Source: Patescibacteria group bacterium | Lineage (GTDB): Bacteria; Patescibacteriota; Patescibacteriia; UBA1558; GWA2-36-10 | Direction: 5' to 3' | Length of the DNA: 64,000 nt | Assembly (NCBI GenBank): GCA_041665505.1 | Contig: JBAYIR010000004.1 | Span: 6,797-70,796, forward strand | In this document: positions 20,680 to 32,509 of the stretch, in pieces | How positions within the stretch are numbered: position 1 is the stretch's first letter | Layout: each line of letters begins with the position of its first letter | Notes under the pieces: generated by a model | Told to the model about the DNA's origin: nothing | Databases searched by the model: none | Seen by the model: only the letters and a program-made list of their open reading frames with translations | Translations under genes and position numbers: made by a program

Positions 20680-21481
20680 TAGCCATACCCATCTAAATTT
20701 TGAAGCTTATCAAGATGACCTGTCAGAAGTGATAGGTCGTTGCCGTCAGGAAGTAATGGCAGTTATAAATGTCGGTGCAGCTTATAAAAGTAGTCTAAAG
20801 GCTGTTGATTTGGCTTTGGCTGAAACAAACTTTTATAGTGCTATTGGTCTTCATCCTATCCATGTTTATGATGAAAATTTTGAAGAGCAAAATTATCAAG
20901 ACTTAATCAATTCTGCCGAAGGTAAAATAGTAGCTATGGGAGAAACTGGTTTTGATTATTTTCATCTTTGGCAATCTTTAGCCAAGGGTGCCAAGTCAAT
21001 AGAAGAAGTAAAAGCTAAACAAGAAGCAGTCTTTCGCTCTCATATCAAACTAGCTAAAAAAAATAATTTAGCTTTGATAATTCATGGACGTAATGGTAAA
21101 GAAGATAAAACAGCTTATACTGATATCTATCGAGTACTCAAAGACGAAGGAATGAAGAGAGGGGTGATACATTGTTATGGTGGTGATTTAGAAGAAGCTA
21201 AAGCTTTTGTGGATTTGGGTTTTTATTTGGGTTTTACTGGTATTGTCACTTTTGATAAAACAGGTGTACTAGAACAAATCGCCAGATGGATACCAATTGA
21301 TAAGTTACTAATAGAAACAGATGCGCCATATTTGACACCAGTGCCTTATAGAGGTAAGCGCAATGAGCCTATTTATGTCAAATATGTAGCGGAAAAAATT
21401 GCAGAGATTAAAAATAAAAGTGTAGCAGAAATTATAGAAATTACTGGAGAAAATGCTAAAAAATTATTTAATTTAAAATAA
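20663..21481 (+). CDS. tatD: TatD-family metal-dependent hydrolase/DNase
   Basis: MLVDSHTHLNFEAY..., ..GETGFDY.., IHCYGG, LIETDAPYL. Confidence 0.8.
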   Translation: MKMLVDSHTHLNFEAYQDDLSEVIGRCRQEVMAVINVGAAYKSSLKAVDLALAETNFYSAIGLHPIHVYDENFEEQNYQDLINSAEGKIVAMGETGFDYFHLWQSLAKGAKSIEEVKAKQEAVFRSHIKLAKKNNLALIIHGRNGKEDKTAYTDIYRVLKDEGMKRGVIHCYGGDLEEAKAFVDLGFYLGFTGIVTFDKTGVLEQIARWIPIDKLLIETDAPYLTPVPYRGKRNEPIYVKYVAEKIAEIKNKSVAEIIEITGENAKKLFNLK

Positions 21482-21520
21482 TATTGTATTGCTTAAAATT
21501 TTTGCAATAATAAATATCAG

Positions 21521-21844
21521 ATGATGCCAGATGATAATTTTCAATTTTCTAAACTGACTCCAGAAAGTATTGTTATCAATTATATTCTAGACATGGAAAA
21601 TGGCGACTTTGGCATACTAGATGAAGTCAAAAGCGCTATTCATCAGCAAATAGCTCTAGAGTTAATTAAATTTGGGCAAGGAAAATTATTGGCTGATAAT
21701 TTGGAAAAATTTAAAAATATAGATAGACAGCAGATTGTAGAAGCTATACTTGAATCGGGGGATGATTTTCTGGCTAAACAATTGGCCGAGCAAGCTGAAG
21801 ATTTTGATCTAGACGGCCTTGGTAAATTAATAGATAAGATATAA
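21521..21844 (+). CDS. hypothetical acidic small protein
   Basis: ORF only; preceded by palindrome tattgcttaaaatttttgcaata. Confidence 0.25.
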   Translation: MMPDDNFQFSKLTPESIVINYILDMENGDFGILDEVKSAIHQQIALELIKFGQGKLLADNLEKFKNIDRQQIVEAILESGDDFLAKQLAEQAEDFDLDGLGKLIDKI

Positions 21845-21848
21845 TGTT

Positions 21849-22526
21849 ATGTTGAAGATTGGACATCGTGGAGCAATGGGCTATGAACCAGAAAATACTC
21901 TGCGTTCGTTTAAAAAAGCCATTGATTTGGGTGTAGATATGATTGAGTTGGACGTCTATGCTTTAAAAACTGGTGAATTGGTAGTAATCCATGATGATAA
22001 GGTAGATAGAACTACTAATAGGCAAGGTTATGTAATGGATAAGAGTTTTGATGAGTTGAGATCTCTTAATGCTGGCCAAGGTGAAAAAATACCAACTTTG
22101 GATGAGGTATTTGATCTGGTAGATAAAAAAATTCCTATCAATATAGAATTAAAGGGGGAAGGAACTGCTCTACCAGTAGCCAGATTAATTGAACAATATA
22201 TAAGTGATAAAAATTGGACGGAGGAGCATTTCTTAGTTTCTTCATTTAACCATTATGAGTTAAGAAAATTTCAAGAATTTAAGCCAAAAATAAGAATTGG
22301 TGCTTTAATTACTGGGATTCCAATTGGCTATAGTGATTATGGAGTAAAGTTGGGTGCATATTCAATAAATTTAAGTTTGGAATTTATTAATCAAGATTTC
22401 GTAGAGGATGCTCATAGTAAGGGCTTAAAAGTTTTTGTCTATACAGTAAATGATAAAGATGATATAAAGAGAATGAGAGATATGGGAGTAGATGGTCTAT
22501 TTTCCAATTATCCAGATAAAATATAA
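21849..22526 (+). CDS. glycerophosphodiester phosphodiesterase
   Basis: IGHRGAMGYEPENTLRSFKKAIDLGVDMIELDV GDPD signature. Confidence 0.75.
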   Translation: MLKIGHRGAMGYEPENTLRSFKKAIDLGVDMIELDVYALKTGELVVIHDDKVDRTTNRQGYVMDKSFDELRSLNAGQGEKIPTLDEVFDLVDKKIPINIELKGEGTALPVARLIEQYISDKNWTEEHFLVSSFNHYELRKFQEFKPKIRIGALITGIPIGYSDYGVKLGAYSINLSLEFINQDFVEDAHSKGLKVFVYTVNDKDDIKRMRDMGVDGLFSNYPDKI

Positions 22527-22536
22527 TATAAAATAT

Positions 22537-23577
22537 ATGGAATATTTAAACACAATATTAATAGTAGTAGCTTTTGCAATCATTATTTGGTTGATGATAA
22601 AAAATAATCAACCAAAAGAAGTCAAAGATGATAAAACAGCCGTGTTGTTGCAACAGTTAAATGATTTGAAAAATCAACTAGGTGAAAAAATTGATAATAC
22701 TACTAGGCATTCTTCCAAGATGCTCCAAGATCAATTTATAGAAACTAGCCGTATTTCCAAAGAAGTGACAGAAAAATTATTGAAGTTGGAAGAAACCAAT
22801 AAACAAGTAGTAGGTTTTACTGACCAATTACAAAATTTGGAAAAAGTTTTGACCAATTCCAAAACCAGAGGCAATCTAGGAGAGGCCAGTTTGGAATTAA
22901 TATTGTCAAATATTTTGCCGCCACAAAGTTATGAAATGCAATACCATTTTAAAAATGGTGAGGCAGTAGATGCGGTGGTTAAAATAAAAGACAAAGTTTT
23001 GCCAGTAGACGCTAAATTTTCTTTGGAAAATTATCGTCGAATCATTGGTGAAAATGATAAAGATAAAAAAGCCACTTTAGAAAAAGAATTTAAAAATGAT
23101 TTGAAAAAGAGGATTGATGAAACATCAAAGTATATCAGACCAAATGAAAATACACTGGATTTTGCTTTTATGTTTATTCCAGCTGAAGGGATTTATTATG
23201 ATTTACTTATCAATGAAGTCGGGGCAGTCAAAGTAAATACTAGGAGTTTGATAGATTATGCCTTTAATGAAAAAAAAGTAATTATTGTGTCACCAACCAC
23301 TTTTGCCGCTTATCTGCAGACAGTACTACAAGGTCTCAAGGCTTTACAAATTGAAGAATCAGCTAAAGAGATTAGAAAGAATGTTGAAATGCTGCAAAAG
23401 CATTTATTGGCCTATGGTGATTATCATAAAAAATTGGGCAATCAACTCTCTACTCTAGCCAACACTTACAATATTTCCAATAAAGAGTTTAATAAGATTG
23501 ATAAGGATGTGCTAAAAATCAGCGGAAAATCAGGAGAGTTTGAGTTGGAAGATGTAGAAAAACCAAGATTAGAATAA
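22537..23577 (+). CDS. rmuC: DNA recombination protein RmuC (start chosen at MEYLNTIL...; the ORF track starts earlier at 22492)
   Basis: N-terminal TM, long coiled coil, C-terminal FMFIPAEGIYYDLL...VIIVSPTTFAAYL typical of RmuC. Confidence 0.65.
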   Translation: MEYLNTILIVVAFAIIIWLMIKNNQPKEVKDDKTAVLLQQLNDLKNQLGEKIDNTTRHSSKMLQDQFIETSRISKEVTEKLLKLEETNKQVVGFTDQLQNLEKVLTNSKTRGNLGEASLELILSNILPPQSYEMQYHFKNGEAVDAVVKIKDKVLPVDAKFSLENYRRIIGENDKDKKATLEKEFKNDLKKRIDETSKYIRPNENTLDFAFMFIPAEGIYYDLLINEVGAVKVNTRSLIDYAFNEKKVIIVSPTTFAAYLQTVLQGLKALQIEESAKEIRKNVEMLQKHLLAYGDYHKKLGNQLSTLANTYNISNKEFNKIDKDVLKISGKSGEFELEDVEKPRLE

Positions 23578-23607
23578 TTATATTTTTTTAATAGCAAATT
23601 AAATAAA

Positions 23608-23631
23608 CCGTCCTCAAGTGGCGGTTTTTTT
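23608..23631 (+). terminator. rho-independent terminator of rmuC (ccgtc ctcaagt ggcgg + T7)
   Basis: 5-bp stem (one G-U) followed by ttttttt. Confidence 0.4.
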
Positions 23632-23677
23632 GGGACGGCGGGATTGCCTGGTGGCAATCCCGCCGTCATGCTCTGTG

Positions 23678-24061
23678 CTACGCGTGGCAGAATTGAGCTG
23701 CCACCAGCCGACCCAGGCCATCACTGGCCCAGTTGATGCTGTGGGTTTCCCATTGCCATTGGAAGCCCCTCCGCATTACCAGATCATACATCATTGGGCT
23801 GGCTACTACCGCCACCGGATTGATGTTTAGTGGCCATTCATCACCTTCGCTATCTCCAGCAAATATGAGAGTAGCAATGCCGAGCAGTGTGCCCTTCGGC
23901 AAGTACTGGTTGACGCCACGCCAGGTGGCTCTTCCGTCATCCATTTGGAAGATAGCGATATCAAAGGGATAAATATTGTCCCTTGCGGTGTAAGTAGAAG
24001 TGATGTCTTCTTCCATTTGGAACCAGGGCAGCTGATTGATCTGGATATTCTGGGTGTTCAT
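23678..24061 (-). CDS. hypothetical protein encoded in GC-rich island A (start at second Met, preceded by GGAGGT SD)
   Basis: 127-aa ORF MNTQNIQINQLPWF...; GGAGG 5 nt upstream of the ATG; GC content far above the backbone; no family recognised. Confidence 0.4.
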   Translation of the reverse strand: MNTQNIQINQLPWFQMEEDITSTYTARDNIYPFDIAIFQMDDGRATWRGVNQYLPKGTLLGIATLIFAGDSEGDEWPLNINPVAVVASPMMYDLVMRRGFQWQWETHSINWASDGLGRLVAAQFCHA

Positions 24062-24355
24062 GACAACCTCCATCAGTTATCGCACTGATTGGGCGTGACA
24101 GGGTTGAACTGTCAGGGGGTGGATGCTGCTCGTAGCAAATTCAATGAGCAGCACATTAGTTTCCATTAGTTGAAAAATACTGTGCTACCCATTGATATTT
24201 AATGTGAAAGAGCTAGATTAATATAGAATTATAGCATATTTTGTTTATTTTGTCAATGTTTAGTAGTATATAGTAGCTAGTATAATATTAAAAAAGTATT
24301 GACTTTTTCAAGTTTAGCGGTTATAATGTAGCCGCTTTTTGTTTATTATAAATTT

Positions 24356-24700
24356 ATGCCAGTAGTCAAAAATGACAATAAAAACAAGGCTAATAATGAG
24401 TGGCTAAGACAAGGAATGATGATGTTTGCCGAAAGTACCGGCTGGATCGCTTTCCCAGTCATAGGAGCTCTGTTTTTAGGTCAATGGCTAGATGAAAGAC
24501 AAGGCACAGGGCAGTTATATTTTTTAAGTATTACAGCTCTAGCTTTTATACTTTCTTCTGTGGGTATAGGCATGACAGGCGTAAAGTATATGAATAGAAT
24601 TGAAAAAGATGAAGCTGGGAAGAAAAATAATAAATCAAATAGCTTAGACAAAACCACACAGGAGAAAAAACAAGAAAATGAGCCAAGAAACGATAAATAG
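24356..24700 (+). CDS. AtpZ/AtpI-like small membrane protein preceding the ATP synthase operon
   Basis: Position immediately upstream of atpB; two TM helices and a Lys-rich tail, as in ATP-synthase protein I families. Confidence 0.4.
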   Translation: MPVVKNDNKNKANNEWLRQGMMMFAESTGWIAFPVIGALFLGQWLDERQGTGQLYFLSITALAFILSSVGIGMTGVKYMNRIEKDEAGKKNNKSNSLDKTTQEKKQENEPRNDK

Positions 24701-25580
24701 CAATCAAAACAATATAGAAGATACTTCGCGCATAGTTGAAGAAATTTTGGGTGAAGACTTAAATCAGGAAGCTGGCGCTCATACAGCTGAAGGAGCTGAG
24801 CATGAGGAGCACGAGCATACTTTATTTGCCGAAACAGTTTTTCAGGTTGGTGATTTTCCAATCACCAATTCACTGCTGACATCTTGGGTAGCAGTTTTTT
24901 TAATTATTATTTTGTCATTGGTCATTCGAGCTAAAAATAGTCGCATCCCATCAGTTTTCCAAAGTTTTATGGAAATAATTATTGATGGCGCACTGGGTAT
25001 GATGGATTTAGTGACCAATGATAGAGCTAAAAGTAAAAAAGTATTTCCAGTTATATTTTCAATTTTTCTTTTTGTGCTTATCAACAACTGGTTGGGGTTG
25101 TTACCGGGTTTAGGCTCCATTACTTATAATGGAGTAGCCTTACTAAGAGGGGGTACAGCTGATTTAAATACCACATTAGCTTTAGGGTTGTTTTCCGTAG
25201 TATCGGCCAATATTTTTGGTATGCTGGTAGTCGGTGGTTGGAATTATTTTAATAAATTTGTAAACATAAAAGCATTAATAGAAATACCTGGTAAAATTAG
25301 GCACGAACCAACCATTGTTTTGGTTAATCCTATAACTTTTTTTGTAGGATTAATTGAGATAGTGTCAGAAGTGGCCAAAGTAGCTTCACTATCATTTAGG
25401 TTGTTTGGTAATATTTTTGCTGGGGAAGTATTGATTGCTTCTATTTCAGCTTTAGTGGCTTATGGTGTGCCGCTACCATTTATGTTTTTAGAAGTAATTG
25501 TCGGAATTATTCAGGCCTTGATATTTTCCATTCTGACTTTGGTTTATTATACTATTGCTTCAGTTGAGCATGAACATTAA
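24678..25580 (+). CDS. atpB: F-type ATP synthase Fo subunit a
   Basis: Signature RLFGNIFAGEVL and polytopic membrane profile. Confidence 0.85.
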   Translation: MSQETINSNQNNIEDTSRIVEEILGEDLNQEAGAHTAEGAEHEEHEHTLFAETVFQVGDFPITNSLLTSWVAVFLIIILSLVIRAKNSRIPSVFQSFMEIIIDGALGMMDLVTNDRAKSKKVFPVIFSIFLFVLINNWLGLLPGLGSITYNGVALLRGGTADLNTTLALGLFSVVSANIFGMLVVGGWNYFNKFVNIKALIEIPGKIRHEPTIVLVNPITFFVGLIEIVSEVAKVASLSFRLFGNIFAGEVLIASISALVAYGVPLPFMFLEVIVGIIQALIFSILTLVYYTIASVEHEH

Positions 25581-26027
<447 letters not shown>

Positions 26028-26111
26028 TCGATTGTTTTGAGTGCTCTCTATATATGAGGGCACGACTAAGCAATTAATCTCTCGACATAGTTCGAGATAG
26101 AAGAAAATAAT

Positions 26112-26606
26112 ATGGAAATTTTAGAATTATTTGGAGTCGATTGGAAACTAATGACAGCTCAGCTAGTCAACTTTATTATAGTTATCTTGGTACTTTGGTT
26201 TTTTGCTTTAAAACCATTGACTAAGACTATGCAAAAGAGAAATGATGAAATTTTCAAAGGCTTATCAGACGCCAAAGCCGCTGAAGAAAGATTGCAGCAA
26301 GTTGAAAAGGAAGTCAAAGAAAAACTCATTGAGACTAAAGGTCTAGCCTCTGGTATTTTGGAAGAAGCTAAAAAACAATCAGAAAAAAGTAAACAAGAAA
26401 ACTTGACCAAAACCAAAGAAGAAGTCGCTAAATTGATTGTCAAAGCTAAAGAACAAATTGCTAGCGAAAAAGATAATATGTTAGTGGAAATCAAAGGTGA
26501 AGTATCTAGTATGGTAGTAGTGGCTTTGGAAAAGATTTTATCAGGTGGGCTGACAAAAGATATAGACAAAAAGTATATTGATAAAGCCTTAAAAGATTTA
26601 AAATAA
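26112..26606 (+). CDS. atpF: F-type ATP synthase Fo subunit b
   Basis: N-terminal TM then long charged helix; operon position. Confidence 0.7.
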   Translation: MEILELFGVDWKLMTAQLVNFIIVILVLWFFALKPLTKTMQKRNDEIFKGLSDAKAAEERLQQVEKEVKEKLIETKGLASGILEEAKKQSEKSKQENLTKTKEEVAKLIVKAKEQIASEKDNMLVEIKGEVSSMVVVALEKILSGGLTKDIDKKYIDKALKDLK

Positions 26607-27007
26607 TGAAAAAAGACCAAGCAAAAATTTTGGCTGCCGCTTTGTATAAAGCTAGTGGTGATAAAAAAGGCAAAGAATTAGATAAAGTGATTGCCAATTT
26701 TTCGGCTTACCTCAGTCAGCACCGTTTGGTGCCTATGATTCCTAATATATTAGGGCAGTTGGAAAATATTCATTTTTTAAAAGAAGGTATCATAGCTACC
26801 AAGATAACTAGTCGTGAAGAACTAGCTCAGGCGGAAATAAAAAAGATTTCTGATTTGATAAAAGCTAAAACCAAAAAAGAAGTAGTAGTTAAAACAGAAA
26901 TAGATAAAGAACTTATTGGTGGGGTAGTAGTAAAATATAATGACAAAATTATAGATATGTCCATCAAGCATCAATTAAACAATTTAGCAAAACAATTAAG
27001 CAATTAA
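26606..27007 (+). CDS. atpH: F-type ATP synthase subunit delta (short)
   Basis: Operon position between b and alpha; OSCP-like C-terminal [20 protein letters not shown]. Confidence 0.6.
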   Translation: MKKDQAKILAAALYKASGDKKGKELDKVIANFSAYLSQHRLVPMIPNILGQLENIHFLKEGIIATKITSREELAQAEIKKISDLIKAKTKKEVVVKTEIDKELIGGVVVKYNDKIIDMSIKHQLNNLAKQLSN

Positions 27008-27011
27008 TAAT

Positions 27012-28544
27012 ATGTCTTACGATCATTTAGTAAAAAGTTTGCAAAAACAACTGGAAAATTGGCAATCAGATGTCAAAGAAGAAACAGCTGGTGAAGTTAT
27101 TGAAGTAGGTGACGGTATCGCCAAAGTATCTGGTCTATCAGATGTCATGGCTTCTGAGATGCTTGAATTTGAGACCAAAGCCGGAGATAAAATCTATGGT
27201 GTGGTTTTGAACTTAGAAGAATTTGCCGTTGGGGCTATTATTTTGGGTGAATATGGAGCCTTAAAAGAGGGCGACAAAGTAAAAAGAACCAAGCGTATTT
27301 TGGAAGTACCAGTTGGAGAAGCTGTGATTGGCCGAGTAGTAAATGCTTTAGGTCAACCAGTTGATGGTAAAGGTAATATAAAATCCAATGAGTTCTATCC
27401 AGTAGAAAAAATTGCTCCTGGAGTTATTACTCGTCAGTCAGTCTTTCAGCCACTAGAAACTGGTATCAAAGTAATTGATGCTATTATCCCTATTGGTAAA
27501 GGCCAACGTGAGCTTATTATTGGTGATCGTCAAACTGGTAAAACGGCTTTAGCTATTGATGCTATTATCAATCAAAAAGGCAAAGATGTTATTTGTATTT
27601 ATGTGGCTATTGGTCAAAAAGAATCAAAAGTAGCTAGAATCGTAGCTAAATTAGAAGAGACTGGAGCAATGGATTACACCACAGTAGTTTTAGCTGGTGC
27701 TTCTGAATCAGCTGCTCTTTCCTATATTGCTCCTTATGCTGGATGTTCTATGGGAGAATACTTTATGGACAAAGGCAAAGATGTTTTAGTGATATATGAT
27801 GATTTATCAAAACACGCTGTAGCTTATCGTCAGATTTCATTGCTACTTAAAAGACCACCAGGACGTGAAGCCTATCCCGGTGACGTTTTCTATGTGCATT
27901 CTAGATTATTGGAGCGAGCTGCTAAGATGAGTGATGAACTAGGTGGTGGATCACTAACAGCCCTTCCTATTATTGAAACTCAAGCTGGTGATATTTCAGC
28001 CTATATTCCTACCAATGTGATTTCTATTACTGATGGTCAGATTTTCTTGGAAACAGATTTGTTTTACAAAGGTATCAGACCAGCTCTATCTACTGGTTTA
28101 TCAGTTTCTCGTGTCGGTAGTGCCGCTCAGAAAAAAGCTATGAAAAAAGTAGCTGGTAAATTGAAAATGGATTTGGCTCAATATAGAGAGTTAGAGGCCT
28201 TTGCTCAATTTGGTAGTGATTTGGATGAAGCCACCAAGCAACAGCTTGATCGTGGGGCTAGAGTGACCGAGATTTTGAAGCAAGGTCAATTTAAACCACT
28301 TTTACAAAGCAAACAGATATCTATAATTTATGCTGCTGCCAATGGTCATCTAGATAAAGTGCCTGTAGCCAATTTAGCTGCTTTTGAACAAAAATTATTT
28401 AGTAAAATGGAAGCGGAAGGCAAAGACGTTTTAGATAATATTGAAAAAACTGGTTTACTATCCGAAGCGGATGAACAAAAATTAAAAAATATAATTAATG
28501 ATTTGGTAGAGTTAGAAGAAAAAGTCGGAGAAGACAAAAAATAA
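27012..28544 (+). CDS. atpA: F-type ATP synthase subunit alpha
   Basis: Walker [14 protein letters not shown]; 510 aa. Confidence 0.9.
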   Translation: MSYDHLVKSLQKQLENWQSDVKEETAGEVIEVGDGIAKVSGLSDVMASEMLEFETKAGDKIYGVVLNLEEFAVGAIILGEYGALKEGDKVKRTKRILEVPVGEAVIGRVVNALGQPVDGKGNIKSNEFYPVEKIAPGVITRQSVFQPLETGIKVIDAIIPIGKGQRELIIGDRQTGKTALAIDAIINQKGKDVICIYVAIGQKESKVARIVAKLEETGAMDYTTVVLAGASESAALSYIAPYAGCSMGEYFMDKGKDVLVIYDDLSKHAVAYRQISLLLKRPPGREAYPGDVFYVHSRLLERAAKMSDELGGGSLTALPIIETQAGDISAYIPTNVISITDGQIFLETDLFYKGIRPALSTGLSVSRVGSAAQKKAMKKVAGKLKMDLAQYRELEAFAQFGSDLDEATKQQLDRGARVTEILKQGQFKPLLQSKQISIIYAAANGHLDKVPVANLAAFEQKLFSKMEAEGKDVLDNIEKTGLLSEADEQKLKNIINDLVELEEKVGEDKK

Positions 28545-28577
28545 TTAATTTATTTGTCATCTGACAGAAATAAATAT

Positions 28578-29492
28578 ATGCCCCAGGCAAGTAGAGATAT
28601 ACAAAGAAGAATAAAATCGGTCAAGAATACCAAAAAAATTACCAAGGCTATGGAATTGGTCTCAGCCGCTAAAATGCGTAAAGCTGTATCGAAAGTATTA
28701 GCTTCTCGTTCTTATTCTGATTTGGTTTGGGATACAGTGCTTCATTTGGTCAAAAAAGTTGATACCAATAAACATTTATTTTTTAAAGAACCAAAAGAAG
28801 TCAAAAAAGTAGCCGTAGTGATAGTGAGCACCAATCGAGGTCTGTGTGGTAGTTTTAATACCCAATTAGTAAATAAAGTAATAGAATCTATTAAACTCCA
28901 TCATCCCGAAGTAGTCCAGACCGATATTATTACCTGTGGTACTAAAGGTAGAGATGAAGTCAGACGACATAAAGTAAATCTAGTAGCTGATTTTCATAAA
29001 GAAGATATTACAGCTAGTTCAGAAGATATACGGCCAATTGCTCATATGATTACCAAAGATTTTATAAGTGCTAAATATGATAAAATTTTTATAGCTTATA
29101 CTGATTTTATGTCTTCTTTAAAGCAAGTACCTCATGTCAAACAATTATTGCCTATAGTAGCTGAGATAGATGCTAGATTAGGACACATTAGTCATGATAA
29201 AGATAAAGTAGCCAAAATAAATGTAGACAGTTTTGCAGAATTTATTTTTGAACCAGGTATGAAAAGTATTTTAGATGCTTTTTTGCCAAGACTTTTGGAA
29301 GTACAAATTTATCAATCAGTCTTGGAATCAGAAGCATCAGAGCACAGTGCTCGCATGTTTGCTATGAGAAATGCTACTGACGCTGCTGGTGAGATGATCA
29401 GCGAATTAACCTTGGCCTATAATCAAGCTCGTCAGGCCAATATTACTGCTGAGATTGCTGAAATTGCTGCTGGTAGTGCCGCTTTAGAATAA
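28578..29492 (+). CDS. atpG: F-type ATP synthase subunit gamma (start at MPQASRDIQRRIKSV)
   Basis: N-terminus RDIQRRIKSVKNTKKITKAMELVSAAKMRKA. Confidence 0.85.
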   Translation: MPQASRDIQRRIKSVKNTKKITKAMELVSAAKMRKAVSKVLASRSYSDLVWDTVLHLVKKVDTNKHLFFKEPKEVKKVAVVIVSTNRGLCGSFNTQLVNKVIESIKLHHPEVVQTDIITCGTKGRDEVRRHKVNLVADFHKEDITASSEDIRPIAHMITKDFISAKYDKIFIAYTDFMSSLKQVPHVKQLLPIVAEIDARLGHISHDKDKVAKINVDSFAEFIFEPGMKSILDAFLPRLLEVQIYQSVLESEASEHSARMFAMRNATDAAGEMISELTLAYNQARQANITAEIAEIAAGSAALE

Positions 29493-29558
29493 ATTTAATA
29501 ATAAAATAATAATATTTACCCCGTTAGAAATTTACAATTGCGGGGACGTGAAGATTAA

Positions 29559-30938
<1,380 letters not shown>

Positions 30939-30960
30939 TCTTGTGTTCTAGGATAATATT

Positions 30961-31395
30961 ATGAAACAAATTAAGTTAAAAATAGTAACTCCAGAGAAGA
31001 TACTTTTTGAAGATATAGTATCTCAGATTTCTGTTTCTACAATTATGGGTGAGATTACTATTTTACCAAATCATATACCACTGGTGTCTCAGCTAGCCTC
31101 AGGAGAGATAGTTATTAAAACTGAGCAAGGTAAAGAAGATTTTATGGCTGTTTCTGGTGGTTTTATAGAAGTATTGCCAGATCAAGTAGTTATTTTGGCT
31201 GATACAGCTGAGCGGGCAGAGGATATTGATGAAGCTCGGGCCGAAGAAGCTCGTCAGAAGGCGGAAGAGATTTTGAAGACCAAAGTGGCTGACGCCGAAG
31301 GCTTTGCTATGTTTACCGCCAAAATAGAAAAAGAATTAGCTCGACTCAAAGTCGTTAGAAAACATAAAAATAAAAGAATAAATCCAGGTAATTAA
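30961..31395 (+). CDS. atpC: F-type ATP synthase subunit epsilon
   Basis: N-terminal beta-sandwich LKIVTPEKILFEDIVSQISVSTIMGEITILPNHIPLVS. Confidence 0.8.
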   Translation: MKQIKLKIVTPEKILFEDIVSQISVSTIMGEITILPNHIPLVSQLASGEIVIKTEQGKEDFMAVSGGFIEVLPDQVVILADTAERAEDIDEARAEEARQKAEEILKTKVADAEGFAMFTAKIEKELARLKVVRKHKNKRINPGN

Positions 31396-31420
31396 GAATT
31401 GACTAATTAAAGAAATTTTT

Positions 31421-31870
31421 ATGAATTTTACAGTGCCTAATGATAAACTAGGAAAACATGAATGCCCACTAGCAGTTATCAAGTGTGTTGATTTTAGATT
31501 TCGTGAATCTGATCAAGAATTTGTAGTTAAAGGTTTGGGTTTTGAGGATTTTGATTTGTATGCTTGGCCAGGTAGTGCCAAAGATGTTTTGAAAAATAAT
31601 GGTTTCAAAGTATCTTTTATTGAAAAAATTGTAGCAATTTCCAAAAATCTACATAATGTAAAAAAACTTTTACTCTTATGGAATTGGGACAGCGATGTTT
31701 ATGGTAGTAGTAAGAATTTTTTAGATAGTAGTGTGGAAGAGCAAACTTATATCAAAGATTTGCAAACAGTCAGAGAGATGCTACTTAAAGAATTGCCAGA
31801 TGATCTAGAAATTATTATGGCTTATTCCAAATTAGTGCCTCAAGGTTTGGATTACATTGTAGTAGAATAA
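31421..31870 (+). CDS. hypothetical protein between atpC and the complex-I-like module
   Basis: 149-aa ORF, no TM, three Cys; no family recognised. Confidence 0.3.
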   Translation: MNFTVPNDKLGKHECPLAVIKCVDFRFRESDQEFVVKGLGFEDFDLYAWPGSAKDVLKNNGFKVSFIEKIVAISKNLHNVKKLLLLWNWDSDVYGSSKNFLDSSVEEQTYIKDLQTVREMLLKELPDDLEIIMAYSKLVPQGLDYIVVE

Positions 31871-31965
31871 AGTCTTTTAAATACGTTAAAAAGCCATGTT
31901 TTTGGTTGACTAAATGATGAATTTAGTATACTATATTGTTTTAAAAACTAGCGAGTAGTAATAAG

Positions 31966-32508
31966 ATGATTAAACTTTTTTTAAAAATAATCAAAACTTC
32001 CCAAAATACTATTAAGGTTGATGAGTTTGATAGTGATGGAATAAAATTTGAATCACTTGGTAAAAAGACGAGATCCAAAATCACACATTTATTTGGTGGA
32101 TCTTTGGCTATCAGACAAATAGATGCTGGTTCAGATAATTCAGCTGAACAAGAGCTAGTCGCTTTATCCAATACTTTTTATGATTTGGAGCGTTTTGGTA
32201 TTCATTTTGTAGCTTCCCCTAAACATGCTGATATGCTCTTTGTCACTGGTCCAGTGACACGCAATATGGCTGAAGCTCTTCGCCGAGCGTATGAGGCTAC
32301 ACCCGACCCAAAGATTGTAGTGGCTGTTGGTGATGATGCTATCAGTGGAGGTATATACAAAGGTTCTTATGCTATTGTGGGTGCGGTTAGTGATGTTTTG
32401 CCGGTGGATTTTTCTATCCCCGGAGATCCGCCATCACCTAAAGTCATTCTTGGTCACTTACTTCGTATTATGAAGGAATTAGAAAATCAGTCATTCAAAA
32501 AGAAATAA
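31966..32508 (+). CDS. NuoB / hydrogenase small-subunit (HycG/EchC)-like protein with all [4Fe-4S] cysteine ligands replaced; protein contains no Cys
   Basis: FGIHFVASPKHADMLFVTGPVTRNMAEALRRAYEATPDPKIVVAVGDDAISGG...IPGDPPSP aligns to NuoB ..SPRQADVMIVAGT..KMAP.LR..Y.QMPEPK.VI.MGSCANGGG...PGCPP with C->D/S/L. Confidence 0.7.
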   Translation: MIKLFLKIIKTSQNTIKVDEFDSDGIKFESLGKKTRSKITHLFGGSLAIRQIDAGSDNSAEQELVALSNTFYDLERFGIHFVASPKHADMLFVTGPVTRNMAEALRRAYEATPDPKIVVAVGDDAISGGIYKGSYAIVGAVSDVLPVDFSIPGDPPSPKVILGHLLRIMKELENQSFKKK

Positions 32509-32509
32509 T

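Noticed and set aside
31421-31870. CVDFRF motif suggested a degenerate beta-carbonic anhydrase (CxDxR), by analogy to CupA of cyanobacterial NDH-1
   Set aside because: The second zinc-ligand motif HxxC is absent and the protein is too short. The similarity is probably fortuitous.
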